Positions 38,101 through 52,700 of a stretch of 64,000 nucleotides of DNA are shown in pieces. A program made the position numbers and the translations under genes. This DNA is from Lophium mytilinum (lineage: Eukaryota), in NCBI GenBank assembly GCA_010093605.1, contig MU004202.1:445560-509559 (forward strand). Direction: 5' to 3'. Positions within the stretch are counted from its first letter, which is position 1. The number at the start of each line of letters is the position of its first letter. The notes below the pieces were generated by a model, which saw only the letters and a program-made list of their open reading frames with translations, had not been told where the DNA came from and made no database searches.

Positions 38101-39543
38101 TTCTTTTTATACTTTTTAAGGTATTTAGTAAGCTTATTAATAACTTTCTATAGAATAGTACTATTACTATTATACAGGCGCTACTAGTAGATATAAGTTA
38201 TAGTCTATATCCGTTCTAAACAGGTTGCGCGTAATAAATAAGGCGTAAACTAATACCTAGTTAGTAGCGTAGGCGCTGCTATAAAGATATAGGTAGATTA
38301 GTATAGAGTATTAAGTTAAGTTACGTATATAAGCTATTTATTAATATACTAGAATAAATATTTTACTAGTTACTGCTATTTATACTAAGAATACTAAGGT
38401 TATAACTCTATTTTCTAACCTATAACTTTAACGCGTTTACGCGCCTTAAATTTAGCTACTATATCTAGTACATCCTTGTAGAGCTTATTAACTAGTTCTA
38501 CTATAATATTCTTATTATTATTATAGCCCTTCTATTTAATATTATAGACGTCCCCTTCTTCTATATACCTTTATTATAGAATTTTTTTAATAATATACTC
38601 CTTCTAGCCTTTAATTAGGATAGGCTTTAGCGGCGGTATAATTCTATTATATAGATCCAGCGTTACTTACTCTAAGTAGGTAATACTAATAATAGAATAG
38701 ATGCAACTATACTTTTATAAAAGCTCTAGCTTATAGGCTAAATAGCTAATATATTCTAAGATCTTAAAAGGCCCAACTTATATTAGTAATAGTAAACTAC
38801 TATCTAGTAGATAGTAGCCTTACTTAATCCCTTTTATAACCTTAAGATAGACTAAGCCTATAAGGTCTAGCGGGGTATAGTTCTTATTATAGTAGGCGGC
38901 TATCTTAGCTTAGGCTAATTTTAAGGTATTAGTAACGTCTAGGTATAAGGCTTTTCTTTTCTAGAGTATTAGAGTATTATTAACTTTAGACCTATAAAAT
39001 GTTTTTAGTATAAGCCTATATATAATTTTATATAGCGTATATCTACTAAAAGTATTAATAGTAGTATTTAAGGTGTATTCTACCTATAGTAGTAATAATT
39101 ACTATATAGTTTTATATTACTCTATAAAAAGGTAGCGTAGTATTATTTCTATAGTTTAATTTATTCTCTCTACTTGCCCGTCTACTAATAGATAATATAA
39201 AGTTATTATCTATAGATCTACTTTATATTTACTAAATAGAGCTATCTAGAATTTCCCTATAAACTTTAGGTCTTAATTACTAATAATAGTATCTAGTAAG
39301 CCCTAGTCGTAGAAGATGCAATTAAAGAAATAGTTAGCCTAGACTTCTACAGAATCTATATCCTTTTCTAGAATTAAATACATAGTTTTAGAAAACTTAT
39401 CTATAATAGTTATAATTATATTATTACTATTAACTAAGAGTAGTAATCCTATAATAAAATTAATTACTAGTATAGTAAATAGCTATTCTAGTATAGGGAT
39501 AGGTTAGAGCTGCCTATATAGCTTCTAGTTTCTTAGTTTTAAC

Positions 39544-39553
39544 NNNNNNNNNN
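39544..39553. other. Assembly gap (10 N) with ~142-bp unmerged contig overlap
   Basis: 39402-39543 is repeated at 39554-39695 with three transition differences. Confidence 0.95.
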
Positions 39554-42500
39554 TATAATAGTTATAATTATATTATTACTATTAACTAAAAGTAGTAATC
39601 CTATAATAAAATTAATTACTAGTATAGTAAATAGCTATTCTAGTATAGGGACAGGTTAGAGCTGCCTATATAGCTTCTAGTTTCTTAGTTTTAATATACT
39701 ATAAGCTAGGTAAGCTATTATCTATTCCTTAATCTTTTAGTAAAGCCTTAGGGTATATATCTTATACTAAAGCCTATAGTAGGCATAGTTTACTCTATTA
39801 TACCTACTATTATTATATACCTTTTAGATAGCGTTAGTCGCTATACTACTAGGTAGGTAAAAGTATTATTAACCGCCGCTATTCTTTAAGTATAGAAGGC
39901 TATTATCTAGAAAAAACCTATAGTAGTACTTTCTCTATTCTTTAGCTACCCTTATATATAGCTACTCTAATACTACCTTAAAGGCTTTATTCTTTCTTAG
40001 CTTAGCTCTAATTTACTCCTTATATATGTTCTTAATGTAGATAGTTATTATTATAAGGCTAGTAGTAACTACCTTATTAGGTACGGCTTTATTATAGATA
40101 GTATTATTATAGACTATTAGTAGCCTTAATAGCCTATCTATATTCTTATACTACCTTCTAGGCTTATATATAATCTTTATTCTAGGTAAAAATATAGAGA
40201 GGTAAAGCTTCTATTCTCTAAGGTGCGCTAATTATCTATCTTTACCTTCTATCTAAAGGGTAGACTATAGGGCTTTATAATTAATATAGACTATAAAGTT
40301 ATTTCTATCTAAATATAGGTAAAGCTTTCTAAGCGCCTAGACTAGTACGCCTGCTTTTAACTCTATTACCTAGTAGTTCTTCTTATACTTCTTTAGTAAT
40401 TAGCTAATAAATAAAACTAGTTATTTAACGCTGTCCGCGCTAATCTAGTATAAGGCGCAGCTATATTCTTATTTCTTTAATCTATTAACATAAATAATAA
40501 AGAGGCGTAGGTAGTCTAGTAAGGCTAAAACTAGTTTATTATAGAGCTTTATTTTAATATTTTTCTATACATCTATATATTTCTAGGGAGGGTCTATTAT
40601 CTTTTATACTATTATATAGTTTTTTCGCGCTCGTCCCTTACTAGGGCTATCTTTTAGCCCATCTAGCTTTAATTTCTATAGCGGAGCTATAATATAGTTA
40701 TATTCTTTAATATAGTAATAGTACTATCTAAAGAAGGCTAGTTCTAATTCTAGGTTATAAAGCGTTTTTAGGAATTATATAATTCTAATAGTATTAGTCT
40801 TTTTCTCTAAGGTACTAAGGCCTAATCTTAAGATGTAATAGCCTAGCATTTCCAGGCTATAATAGCTAAAATAGTACTTACCTAGTAATAAAGTAACGCT
40901 GGCGTTCTATAAGGCTATTATAACTTTATCTAGGTAGTAGAGGTGCTCCTCCTTTAACTTAGAGTAGATAATAATATTATTAATATATATAGTAATAAAC
41001 TTCTAGAGGTATAGTATAAATAATATCTCTATATAGTATTAGAAAAACCCTAGTATATTTACTAACTCTATTATTACTACTATTAGCTACTTATAGCTAT
41101 AATATAGTATAATAAAGCTAGTCTTCTACTAATCTTTCTTTTTTAGGCGCTATTAAAAGAAGCCTTTTATTATATCTATTAATAAGAAGATAATAGCTCT
41201 ATCTAGTAAATTAAAGATATTATTCTATTATAGTAGCGGATAGGCGTCTAGATATAACTTAGTATTAATCTTTTAAAGGTCTACTACTACTCTTAGCTTA
41301 CTATTTCTCTATACTATAAACGCTAGTAACACTGCTACTAATAGCTAGCTAAGTAGAATCTTCTCTACGCGTCCTTGCGCTGTAAGTAGGTTAAGAATGT
41401 TATTAATTGCCTACTTATCCCGCTTAGAGAGCCCGTAAGCCCTTTATTTAAGCCTATATATATCTATTTTATCTATAAAAGAAATTAGTATATCTATACT
41501 ATTATTAAATAGCTCTAGGCGTTTATTAAAGAGTTTAGCGTACTTATAGGTAATATAGTATAGGGCTTTACTAAAGTCTACTCTAAAATAGTTAGAGATA
41601 TGCGCTTAAAAGAGGTCTATATTATTCTCTATAGGGTTTATAATAAATAGAATACCGTCTTTATTATTATCTACGTCTCCTTTTATAATATCTATCTATA
41701 GCGCGGTAGCTATATTAGTTTTATTCTTTAAGGTCTTAATAACTATAGTTTCTAGATTCTAGGTAATATTAGCTACTAAACTTTTACTAGTAGTAACCTT
41801 ACTTTTAAAGACCTATACTAGATTAATACTAATATCTATTTCCGCGGTTATAGGCTTATTCTAGTATAGTATAATATATCTAAGCTACCTTTCTTTCTTT
41901 AAAATTAGGGCCCGGGTTCTAAAATTTAAAAAGGGGACGCTGCTATCTATACTAGTAAGTAAGGCTTATGCGCCTAATCTATATACACCCTTATACTTAT
42001 TAATAAAGTCTAAATATAGCTTAAAAAGATATATATCTATATTACTACTATTACTATATATAGATATATTACGGCCCTATTCTAGTTCTATAGTAATGTC
42101 GCTAGCTAAAAACGCTCGCGTTGCTTTTACTTTAGGCGGCTTTATCTTTAGTAGTAAATCCTTAGCTAATACTATAAGGGGGAATATATACTTTCCTTTT
42201 TAAAGTCTATTAGAACTATTAGCGTCCTTCTATATAATACTAAGTCCCTTAGAGCGTAATATATTAATACCTAGAAGTAGCCTATAGTCTAGGTTTAGAA
42301 TAATATAAGCTTTAACTAGTACTTCTATAGAGGCACTAGTCATATCTATAAAATAGATTTTAAAGCTAGCCTATGCATATAATTATACTACTTTATCTAT
42401 TATACTAAATATCTTAATACTTCTTTTTAGTTAATATATAGTAGCGTCTAGATAATACTATTACCTCTAAGCGTTATTAATAAGGGTAATAATGCTGCCT

Positions 42501-45500
42501 AAATCTAGGCATGCCTAGATTTAAACGCCCGCTAGCGTTTTAGTATTAATTTTTATAGTAATATACTATAAAAATTTCTCCCCCGGCTAGATATACTTTA
42601 TTAATCTTACTCTATAAACTCTAGCGTTTACCTTATACTATAGTACTAATATTAACGTAGTAGCCGGGGTTTTTACTTCTATTAGAATATAACCCGGGGT
42701 TAATACCCTAAATTCTTATTTTTTAAGAATTAGAGGAGGTAGTTAAGCTTATTAATTATTTATAAAGAGCTATTACTATTATTATTATCTTCTTCCTTAA
42801 TAGCGGCGTTCTTATCTATAATAGTATCTAATTAAACCTCTGCGTTATACGCCTTTATAGCGTTTTTCTTAAACTCCGCTACTAGAATATAGTAGGGACA
42901 CAGCCGTATAAAGTATATCTTATTTAGCTTTCCTTTTACTATGTAGATTAGATATAGCTTATTTAACTTTTTATCTATTAGCCTCTTTTAATTCTAATTA
43001 TCCTTAGTAATTAGTACCTTACTATATTTCTCTTTAATGCGTGCAAGTACCTACTTAAGATAATCTAAGGCTAGATAGTACTATACCTTTCTAGAGCCTT
43101 ATTACTATAATAAGTATAGCTTATATATTAGTACTATAGGCCTAAACTAGTTCTACTATATATATATTTTCTCTACCGCTAGTAACTATACTATAACCTA
43201 ACGCTAAAAGTTTTATAGCGTATTGCCTGCCTTAAAGGTTTAGACTAAGTTTATTAGAATTAGGTTAAGGCCGGTCTAAAGTTTAAAGATAATATTATAT
43301 TTATCTTCTATGCCGGCTTTATAAAGTAAATTAATCTTTCTAGTTATATATTAAGAGAGAGATAGCTAATCTACCTTTTAGAATAAGAACTCTATTTTAA
43401 AGGCTTCTTACTTAGTTATATAGCGTGGCTTCCAGTATTACTATATAAGCTAGTCCTTCTAATAAGCTAGGCTAGTATTTATCTAGGCTTATACTATACT
43501 TAGAAGTAATATATACTATACGCGTGCATCGCCTATAATATATAATAGTAGCTATAGTAAAACTACTATATCTCTATATATCTCTACTATTTACTTAAAG
43601 CGCTAGATAAATATAGTAACTAAATTCTTTTCTAGGTTAAATAATATAATATCTACTAGCCTAAGCTTAGGGAGGGAGAATTATACTAGGGGTAGAATTC
43701 TTATATCTTAAGCTCGGCCCTAATTTTAACCTATAAAGCCGTTATCTACTAACTATAGATAATATTTATTAAGAGGCCGGGGTATATATAGATATTTTAA
43801 TAGATAAGATTATAGGGCCTCTAGTAGAAGGTACTAATTAAATATTAGAGGCTTCTACTATACTAATAGGCCCTAATAAGATAGTAGAGGTTATAATAGT
43901 AGAGGTTTCTATTATATAGTAGAACCTTATACTAGCATTAGTAGTCTTAGGGCCTATAGCTAAAGCTATTAGTAAAGTAACTCTATAGTCTCCTTTATAC
44001 CCTCTATATATTTAAGAAAGCCCTAGAAGATATATATATTATATTTATTTAGGTTACTACTATTATAAAAAAATTAGTTCTTATTATATATAGCGCTGCC
44101 TATACTATTAATTATATCTACTTACTTCCGCCTGCCTAACTATAGAAACTTGTCCGGTTAAATTTCCTAAATATTATCGTCCAAACTAGAGATAGAATTG
44201 CTAGGTAGCTTCTCTAGTCTAATTCTAAAATATTTAATAACGCGCCTAACATTATTTATACTATTAGCTATATTCTTAAAAAGAAAGTATAGAGATATAT
44301 ACTTAAAGCTAGGTCTAACTTTAGTAAGATAGCTCTCTTTCTAGCTATTTAGTATTAGTTTATCTAGCCCTTATACTTAACTAGCTATAATAATATTAAT
44401 TTCTGCTACTACTTCTAGAAACTTCTATTAGCGTTATTATAATTTCTAGAGAAAGATAGCGTTTATATTATACTACCTCTTAGTATAAAACCTAATAGTA
44501 CTATTTAAATTTAGGCCTAGCGTTACTAAATTACGTGCGCCTTTAGATTTACTAGTGCTGCTGCTAGCTTCTATATTTACTACCGGCTTATTAGTCTTAG
44601 CTTTAGTAACGCCGGTTAGTTTTATAATATCTACTACTAGTTTTACTTTACGTACTAAAAGGGCGTGCTAGATGCGTTAGGCTATAATCTATAGCTTATT
44701 AGCGTCTAGTATACTAGGCTTTAGCTATTTATAGTTATAGATATTACTATAACTAAGTATTATATATATATTATTTAATATATATATAATAGTAATATTT
44801 TATATAGCTTTATTACTACTATTCTTCTATATTATAGAAAGAATAAGATTCTAAGTAGTAGATAGGTTTTCTTTAAAAATCTAAGTAAGAATATATATAA
44901 GATTATCTTCTAGTGCTTCTAGAAGAGTATTTCTCTATACTACTAGAAGGTATATATTTCTTAAGGCTATACCTAGCAGGTTCTTAAATATCTATACTAT
45001 AGCCTTATTCTTAGCGTCTACTATAGTACTAAAGATTATAGTATTATATATAAACCGCTCTTTAAAACTATTATAAGAGTTAATTTACTATACTATTCTA
45101 GTAAAACTATATATATATTCTTATATAGTAATATTAGCCGCTAAAATATAGGTAGAGCCCGGCTTAATATATATATAATATTAGTTAAATCCAGGTTTAT
45201 AGTGTCTAGAGCTAGCCTATAGGCCTGTAATTTATTAAGCTTTTATATATTAGCTCTATACTATTCTTTAAATACTTCTCCCTTTATTAGCTGCGTTAGA
45301 AGCAGGGTAATAGTAGTATTAGAAATCTAATTAGCAGTATAAAAAACCCTAATTAGCAGCTTAAAAATTCCTAATTAGTAATTTAGTTACTAGTATTCTA
45401 GGTAATTTAAGGCTAATAGGCTTATATTATCTTTCTAGTATAAGGGTATAAAAGAAAGAAGTTAAGTAGTTATTATATCTCCGCTATCTTCTACTACTAC

Positions 45501-45853
45501 CTGTGCGTGCTTTAATAGAAGTATATATTATTTACTACTAGAAGTATATATTATTATAGAAGCAGTAGTATATTAATTAAATAATACTACTATATAAGAT
45601 ATTATAGTAGGCGTCTAAAGCGCTAATTATATTTTCTAGATACTAAGGTTAGTTCTAGTAGCTAGAGCTAATTGCGCTAGCCGCTGTCGCCAATAAGATA
45701 GTTATTAATAGTAACGCTAGCCTGCTTAGCGTAGGTATTAGTAGTAGCTAATAAAGCTCTTCTAACTATTATAATATAAGTAGAATAATAATAAGAGGAA
45801 TTCTATAAGTATTTATTGCTAGAGAATTAAATTATCTATCTCTAGCTACTAAC

Positions 45854-46024
45854 TATAAGAAATATAAGCGTGCGTTATAGCTTATATACACGTTTACGCT
45901 AGAGGACTTATAGTTATAATTAAGAGTAAATTTAGTATTAAGTATAAGGCTTAACACGTTAAACTATATAGACCCCTTACTTATATACCTACTTCTACTA
46001 ATACTTTTATACTTATTTCTAACA
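45854..46024 (-). repeat. 5' LTR of element D
   Basis: Direct repeat of 34774-34944; retains the terminal ..AACA. Confidence 0.94.
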
Positions 46025-48949
46025 TTCTTACTATATTAAAAGTAGTAAAGAATAGGTACTATAGTAAACGCTATTTTAAGTACTTAGAAAGCGGCGTTGT
46101 ATTTATTATTCTAGATAAACTATACTTTTAGCTTAGTTTTCTTACTATCTATAGTTTTTATTATTAATATAAGTAGGCTAATAATGCAGAAGAATGCGTA
46201 TATAAAGTATTAGTAGAAGTTAGTAAACCTAAGAAAGGCTTATATATTCTATAGGCAGGTAGGGGTTTTCTAATTAATAACTATAGCAACTTTTTTAGGG
46301 TCTATTTAGACGCCTTCTATTATAATAATAAGACCTAGGTACTTAATTTCTATTTTATTAAATTTATATTTAGTAAAGTTATAATTAAGGCTAGCTTTAT
46401 TAAGCCTTTCTAGTACCTTTATAATATACTCTTTATATTCTTCTTTAGTGCTATTTATATAGACTAGAATATTATCTATATAGGCTAAATAGAAATTATC
46501 TAGGTAATTATATAATATTTAGTTAATAAAGAATTAGAATTATTTGGGACCTTCTATAATACTAAAGGGTATAATAATAGATTTATATTATCTCTATTAT
46601 ATAGAGAAGGCTATAAGGCCTATATTTTCTTCCCGCATTTAAATTTAATTAAACGTGGAAATAACGTCTAGTTTAGAATACTATTTAGCGTTACTAAGCT
46701 TTTAGAGTGTTTCTTAGATAAGTAGTAGTAGGTATTTTATTTTAACTATTATAGTATTAATAGCCCTATAGTTAATATAGAAATAAACACCCCCTCTAGA
46801 CTTCTAGATAAAAAGTATAGAAGAGGATGTAGAGAATTATAACTTATAGATAAATTCTTTATTAAGGTTATTATTAATCTATTTCTTAATAACTTTAAGT
46901 TTCTCTTTTAATATAGTATATAGCCGGGCTTTAGGTAGCTTACTAGCTTCTTTAATAAGGTTAATTTTATAATTAATTCCGGGTTAGTATAGAAGTAGTA
47001 TATTTACCTTAACTTAATTAAATATATAGACGTAACGGCGTAGGCGCTTTAGAAGTTATTATTCTATCTCTTCTTATAAGAGGTGCTTCTTAGTGCGCAT
47101 AAACTTATTAATATTCTTAGCTAATATTTTATATACTTTAAGAGGGATGTTATTACCTATCTAAAAGGTAATAACTTATAAGCCGTTACACGCAATAATA
47201 AAGTTCTTATTCTTATTTTCTAAAGTTTTTATAATATAGTATAGAATTTATTTAAGTTTCTATTCTTTATACTTAGAAATAGAGGCTATTTATATATAGG
47301 CCTCTATACTAATAGGTTTCTAATTTATAAGGTTATAGTAATTATTAGGTATATTATAAGAATATATACTATTTACCTAGATAGTAATAGAGTTATAGTT
47401 AAAATAATATATATAGTTCTTATAGGGCTTATAGTAAGAATATATAAAATCTAGGCGTTCTACTTTCTAGTTAATAGCTAGGTTATATTCTTAGAGCTAG
47501 TTAAGTTCTATAATAATATTATAGTCTTCTAGATTAGTAATATAAGCCTAGTAATAGCTCTAATAGCTATTTATATCTATACTAAGAAGGGCTTTATATA
47601 TTACTTTTTAGGCGATAGCTAATCTATTAGCTAGTTTAAGAACTTAGGCTTTTTTAAGGGGTTTTAGAGGTAGATTTACTAGGTATATAAACTTAGTATT
47701 AGTAAATAAATTAGTAGCTCTATAATTAAAATAAGAATTAATTTTTATTATTTCTATAGGTTATTCTTTTTTATAGGTTTATACTATTACTAAAAGAACT
47801 ATATTATTTACCCGCTTAATATTAAATCCTCTATCTTTATTTTAAAATAGTTCCTATTAAGCTTTACTAAGAGAGGCTACTAAAATAATAAGCCTTCTAT
47901 ACTAAAGATTCTATATAACTAAGTTCTTATTATATTATAGACTATAATAATAGTCTATAACTTTACTTTTCCCTAAGAATTCTTACCTTTAGAGCGGCTA
48001 GAGCCGCGGTTATTATTAAGGGTTTTATAGTTATTAAAGCTATTATTATCTAAAAGTTCTTTAACGCAAGCGGCTTAATTATTAAGATAGAGTACTAAAT
48101 CTATCTAATAAGTAGTAAAGCCTAGTTTATTAAGTTAATTTATAGAGTAATATAGGTTTTAGATAAAGTATTTAGAGAGATAGTAGTAGAAGTACTTACT
48201 ATTCTTTATAAGCGCTTCTCTATTACCTTTATAGAGCTTATTAGGGGGTACCTAGTTAGTAGAAGGGGTAATTTTAATATTCTTTTAGGTTATAGAGATA
48301 GTAGTAGTAGTTAAGAGGCGTAGAGTATAGTTATAGTTATAGTTATAATTATAGTCTTAGTAATTATAGTTATTATAGTAATTATAGTTATTATAGTTGC
48401 GACTATTATAATTAAAGCCTTAGGGCTAGTTATAGTTAAAGTTACTAAAGCTATAGTTATTAAGTTGCGCGTTCTTATTAATACTATTATTATAGAGCTA
48501 TTTATATACAGCGTTAATATACTATAGGCTAGTAGTAAAGCCTTTACCTAAAATAGCGCCGGTAATAATATCTAGATAGAGTTTCTACTTAAGGTTATAG
48601 ATATTATTATAGCCTCTATAGCCTAGAAGATAGATTATATATAACTTTATTAGCTTCTATATATAATTAGAAGTTATACTACTAGTCTAGATAAGCTTAT
48701 AAAGCTTATTCTTAGTAGTTCTAATCTTATTAGAGTTATTATACTAGAAGTCTAAGGATATAATAGCTTTCTAGATAGTAAGAAAAAGCTAGTAGCTATC
48801 TTACTAGGCGCGGAAGCCTTTAAGGGGTATACCTATAAGTTACTTACTAAGATAGATAAAGTATAAGGGTTTACTAGATTTTATAGTATAGCTACTATAG
48901 TTAACTTTATTTAGAAATCTCTAATAGAACTTAGAGTACTTATTTTTAT

Positions 48950-49171
48950 TATTATAGTATAAACCTAGAATTATAATAATTATATACTAAGGTTACATGC
49001 AGCCCCTTATATAATCTAAGCAAGACGCTAGCCTAAGGCGCTAGGCTATAGCCCGTGCGCCGGCGTTAAACTATAACCTCTTAAGAGCTTCTAGCTCTCT
49101 CTCTTCTTCTTAGCTTAGATTTTTATAATAGTTAATATACCTTATTACTTATATTATATTAGCCCCCTATA
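48950..49171 (+). repeat. 5' LTR of element E
   Basis: Direct repeat of 56482-56703. Confidence 0.95.
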
Positions 49172-49618
49172 TAATCTAAGCTTACTTTTCTATACTTAGA
49201 ATCTTATTAAATTTTTTCTAGAACTCTATTAAGATCTAGGCGTTTTTACTAAAATAACTTAAATACCCGCCGGCCTAGCTATATAGCTACGCGCGGCATC
49301 TAAATCTAACCTAGTAGACTATAATCTAATACTACCTCTTCTAAATAAGCTAGTTAATCTAATAGCTAGGCTTTAAAATAATCTAAAGACTCTAGGCGCT
49401 ATAAATAGCGCTGCCCTAAATACTTTAAAAGAACTACTAATTACCTATACTTCTATAACTCTATTAACCGCTAGTAATAAGAAAGCTTACTGCACTATAT
49501 AACTTACGTACTTTTAAGGTGTAGCTAAGGGCTCTTCTACTCTAGCTATTATTTCTAGCTTCTAATATAGAACTAGAGAACTAATTCTAAATATCTAAGC
49601 CTTCTTATAGACTATAGA

Positions 49619-49708
49619 TAATACCTAGCGCGCTAATACCTAGCGCGCCGACACCTAGCGCGTAGATATCTAGCGCGTAGACATCTAGCGCGCAGATACC
49701 TAGTGCTC
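49619..49708 (+). repeat. 15-bp tandem repeat x6 inside element E (pentapeptide-like, DTQRA after de-RIP)
   Basis: (G/A)AYAYCTAGCGCG(CT/CC/TA/CA) units in tandem. Confidence 0.8.
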
Positions 49709-52700
49709 TAAATACTTAGTAGATAATTAAGTTAATACTACTAGATCTATAAACTAGAACTAGACTATTACTAATAAACTTAATCTAGACTAAGACTCTA
49801 ATAATAAAGGTAGCTTTATTACGCCTAGCGCAAATATTCTAGGTAAGCGCGCTATCTAATTTATTATAAAAGATAATATATATAACTCTTACTAAGTAGA
49901 TAGTAGTAACCTATACGCTACTTATTACTAAGTATCTATAGTAGACTAATAAGCCTCTATTCTAGTTGCATGCTATAAAACTAAATAGGTTCTAGATACT
50001 AAACCTAAGTATATAGATATTCTAGAGGGACTATAAGAAACTAACCTATAGTGCTATATCTAGCTACTAGTCTAGCTTTTTAATTATTATAGTAATAGTA
50101 CTATAACTATTAATACTATAGTTACTAATAAGATAGAGTTTACTACTATAGTAAATAAAGATAACCTTATATAGTAGAAATCCTTCTAGAAGCTCTATAT
50201 AGAGTATAAAGTAGGCTTTAAAGAAGCTAATAAAAAGAATAAGCTCTATAATAACCTCTAGAATAAATACTAGAAGTATAAATAGAATACCTTTAATAAT
50301 ACTACTATAGTAGAATAAGAATTAGAGGCCTATTACGCTAAGTAGCACTAGTATATTATAAGTAGTTGCTAGGCTAACTAAAAGCTTAACTAGATGCGTC
50401 TACGCTATAATTACTAGTATAGTAAATATTACGTACTTAAGAAAATATATAAATAGCTTACTACTTATATTAAGAAGCTTAAATAATAGATATATTAAGG
50501 GGCTATGCACCTATAGCCTCTAGACCCTAACTATAATTTAGATAATAATAGTACTTATTCTTCTATACCCGCAGTTCTACTTTATTAACGCCCTATTAGC
50601 TAGCCTCTATAGTTTAACCCTATTAAGAGTAAGTCCGCTACTCTATTTATGCCTATTTAGAACCCCGGCGCGTATACAGTAATATATTACTACCCTAATC
50701 TAGATAAGTTTAGTAGTAGTAATAAGAATAAACTATTCTACTAGTAGTAGTATATATAGGTATTTAGTAAGCTAGATATCTATATACTACTATATACTAC
50801 TATGTACTACTAAATAGTCTATATCTATAATAGGCTTAAGAGAGAAGCCTTTAATATAATCTTCTATTATACTAAACCTAATAGTAATAAGCTATATCTT
50901 ACTATAGAAAAACTAATTAATAATCTAGATAAGGTCTATAGACTCTTTAATAAGGCGGCTAACGCATATACTAACTTATATAATAGTAAGTTTATATAGA
51001 AGAAAAATAAGCGCGTTATAATCTAGGTAGAATACTTTAATACTAGTGTAGCCTCCCTCTACTTTAAAGACCCTAAGAAGATCTACTATATATAGTATAA
51101 TCTTACTAATAGCCTTAAGTATAAAGCCGCTAATAGATAGAATAGTAATATAATAACCTTTATTATATTTCTCTAGACCTTAGAATTCTAGCTTAATATT
51201 ATTAAGCTAAATAGAGATAACTATAAGAATAAGAATAAAAACACCTCTAAGTCTACGCGCAATACTTATAAAGCTACTAGCGCTAAATTAACCTCTACTG
51301 CGCCTTGCCGCCTGCTACTTACTAACGCGGAGCATATATCTAAGAATAATACTAGTAATACTACTCTAAGTACTAGTATAAATAACTTACTAGGCCTCTT
51401 TAGTTATAATCGCCGTACTATTACTCGCCTTAAGTAGCTAGGTTACTACTAGAACTATCTTAAGTATAGATATATAGCTAATAGTAATGCCCTATATATT
51501 AGCTAATAGCCTATTCTAATCTATAAAGTTAGCGGCCTTACTAATAAAATTAACCTTACTAGTATTAATATTAGCGCTATCTATACCGGCTCTACTTATA
51601 ATAAGATAATAGAAAATACTTAGTTCTTAGTAATAGTTGCTACTAAGAACCCCTAATAGTCTTTAATAATAAGAAATTAAGAGCGGTTATAGATAGGATT
51701 ACTATTTTAGAATAAGAAATTAAGCTAGTTATAGTGCGTATATCTACTCTTATACCCTAGCTAGTTAATAGTAAATAATTTAGCTTTTTAGGTAGTATTC
51801 TCTAATCTAATTTATTTACTACTAAAATTCTTTCTAATATAGAATTAGGCTCTTAATTCCTTTATTTAAAGACCGCGCGCCTTTATAAGATATCTACCTA
51901 ATCCCTTTTATAATCTATTATCCTTAAGCTTACTAATAGTAAGCCCTCTATTATACTAAATTATATAGTAGATATTACCTTCTATATTAGTAACTACTAT
52001 AATACTATTACCTACTATATTACTAACACTAGATAATATAATATAATTCTAGGTATACCCTAGCTCTAGCTTTATAACTCTACTATTAGCTTTAGAAAGA
52101 CCTAGCTAATCTTCTAATCTAACTACTATATATCTAATTACCTTTATTATAGTAGGCTAGTAGTTATAAAGAGCCTTATCTACTTAAAATATATTAAAAT
52201 TAAACTATACTAGAACCTAGGCAACTTCTATAGCTCTTAATATAACTCTAACCCTAACTCTAGCCCTAACCTCCGCCTCTTTATTAAAGGGCCTAACAAC
52301 GCTAAGAACTCTCCTTAGCTTAACTATAAGGGGAGACCTCTTTCTTCTAAACTAGTTCTACTAGATAAGCTATCTAAATATAATATTTAGTTTATCTCTA
52401 TATATACCTATTTAACTATAGCTAAATAGAATAAGAATATAGTAATAACTATTACTTTAAGGGACTTTAAGTAATTAGACTAGCCCTAAGAAATAGATAA
52501 GTAACACGCCTATAGATAATAGGTTATAAACCTAGTAGGCGTTACTACTAAGAATTATTACTAATTTAAGAAGAAAATAACTAAATTACTATATATAAAG
52601 GATTAGCTTTAATAGAAGATTTCTTCTCTCTTCTATTAGATTCTAGATACTTTTAATCTATAAGTAGCTAATAAACTACTACTATATAGGCCTAGTATAG

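Larger units (their letters stand above)
34774..46024 (-). mobile_element. Unusually long (~11.1 kb) Ty3/Gypsy element D with an extra ORF 3' of pol
   Basis: 171-bp LTRs at 34774-34944 and 45854-46024. TSD TTCTT (34769-34773 / 46025-46029). The minus-strand pre-LTR tract reads GTCGGGACGATAACTTTTTTAATAGGGGTAACT. Protease ACLD(S)GS ~42500, RT ~40970-41070, integrase ~38700-39900, chromodomain-like ~38450-38600. Confidence 0.92.
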
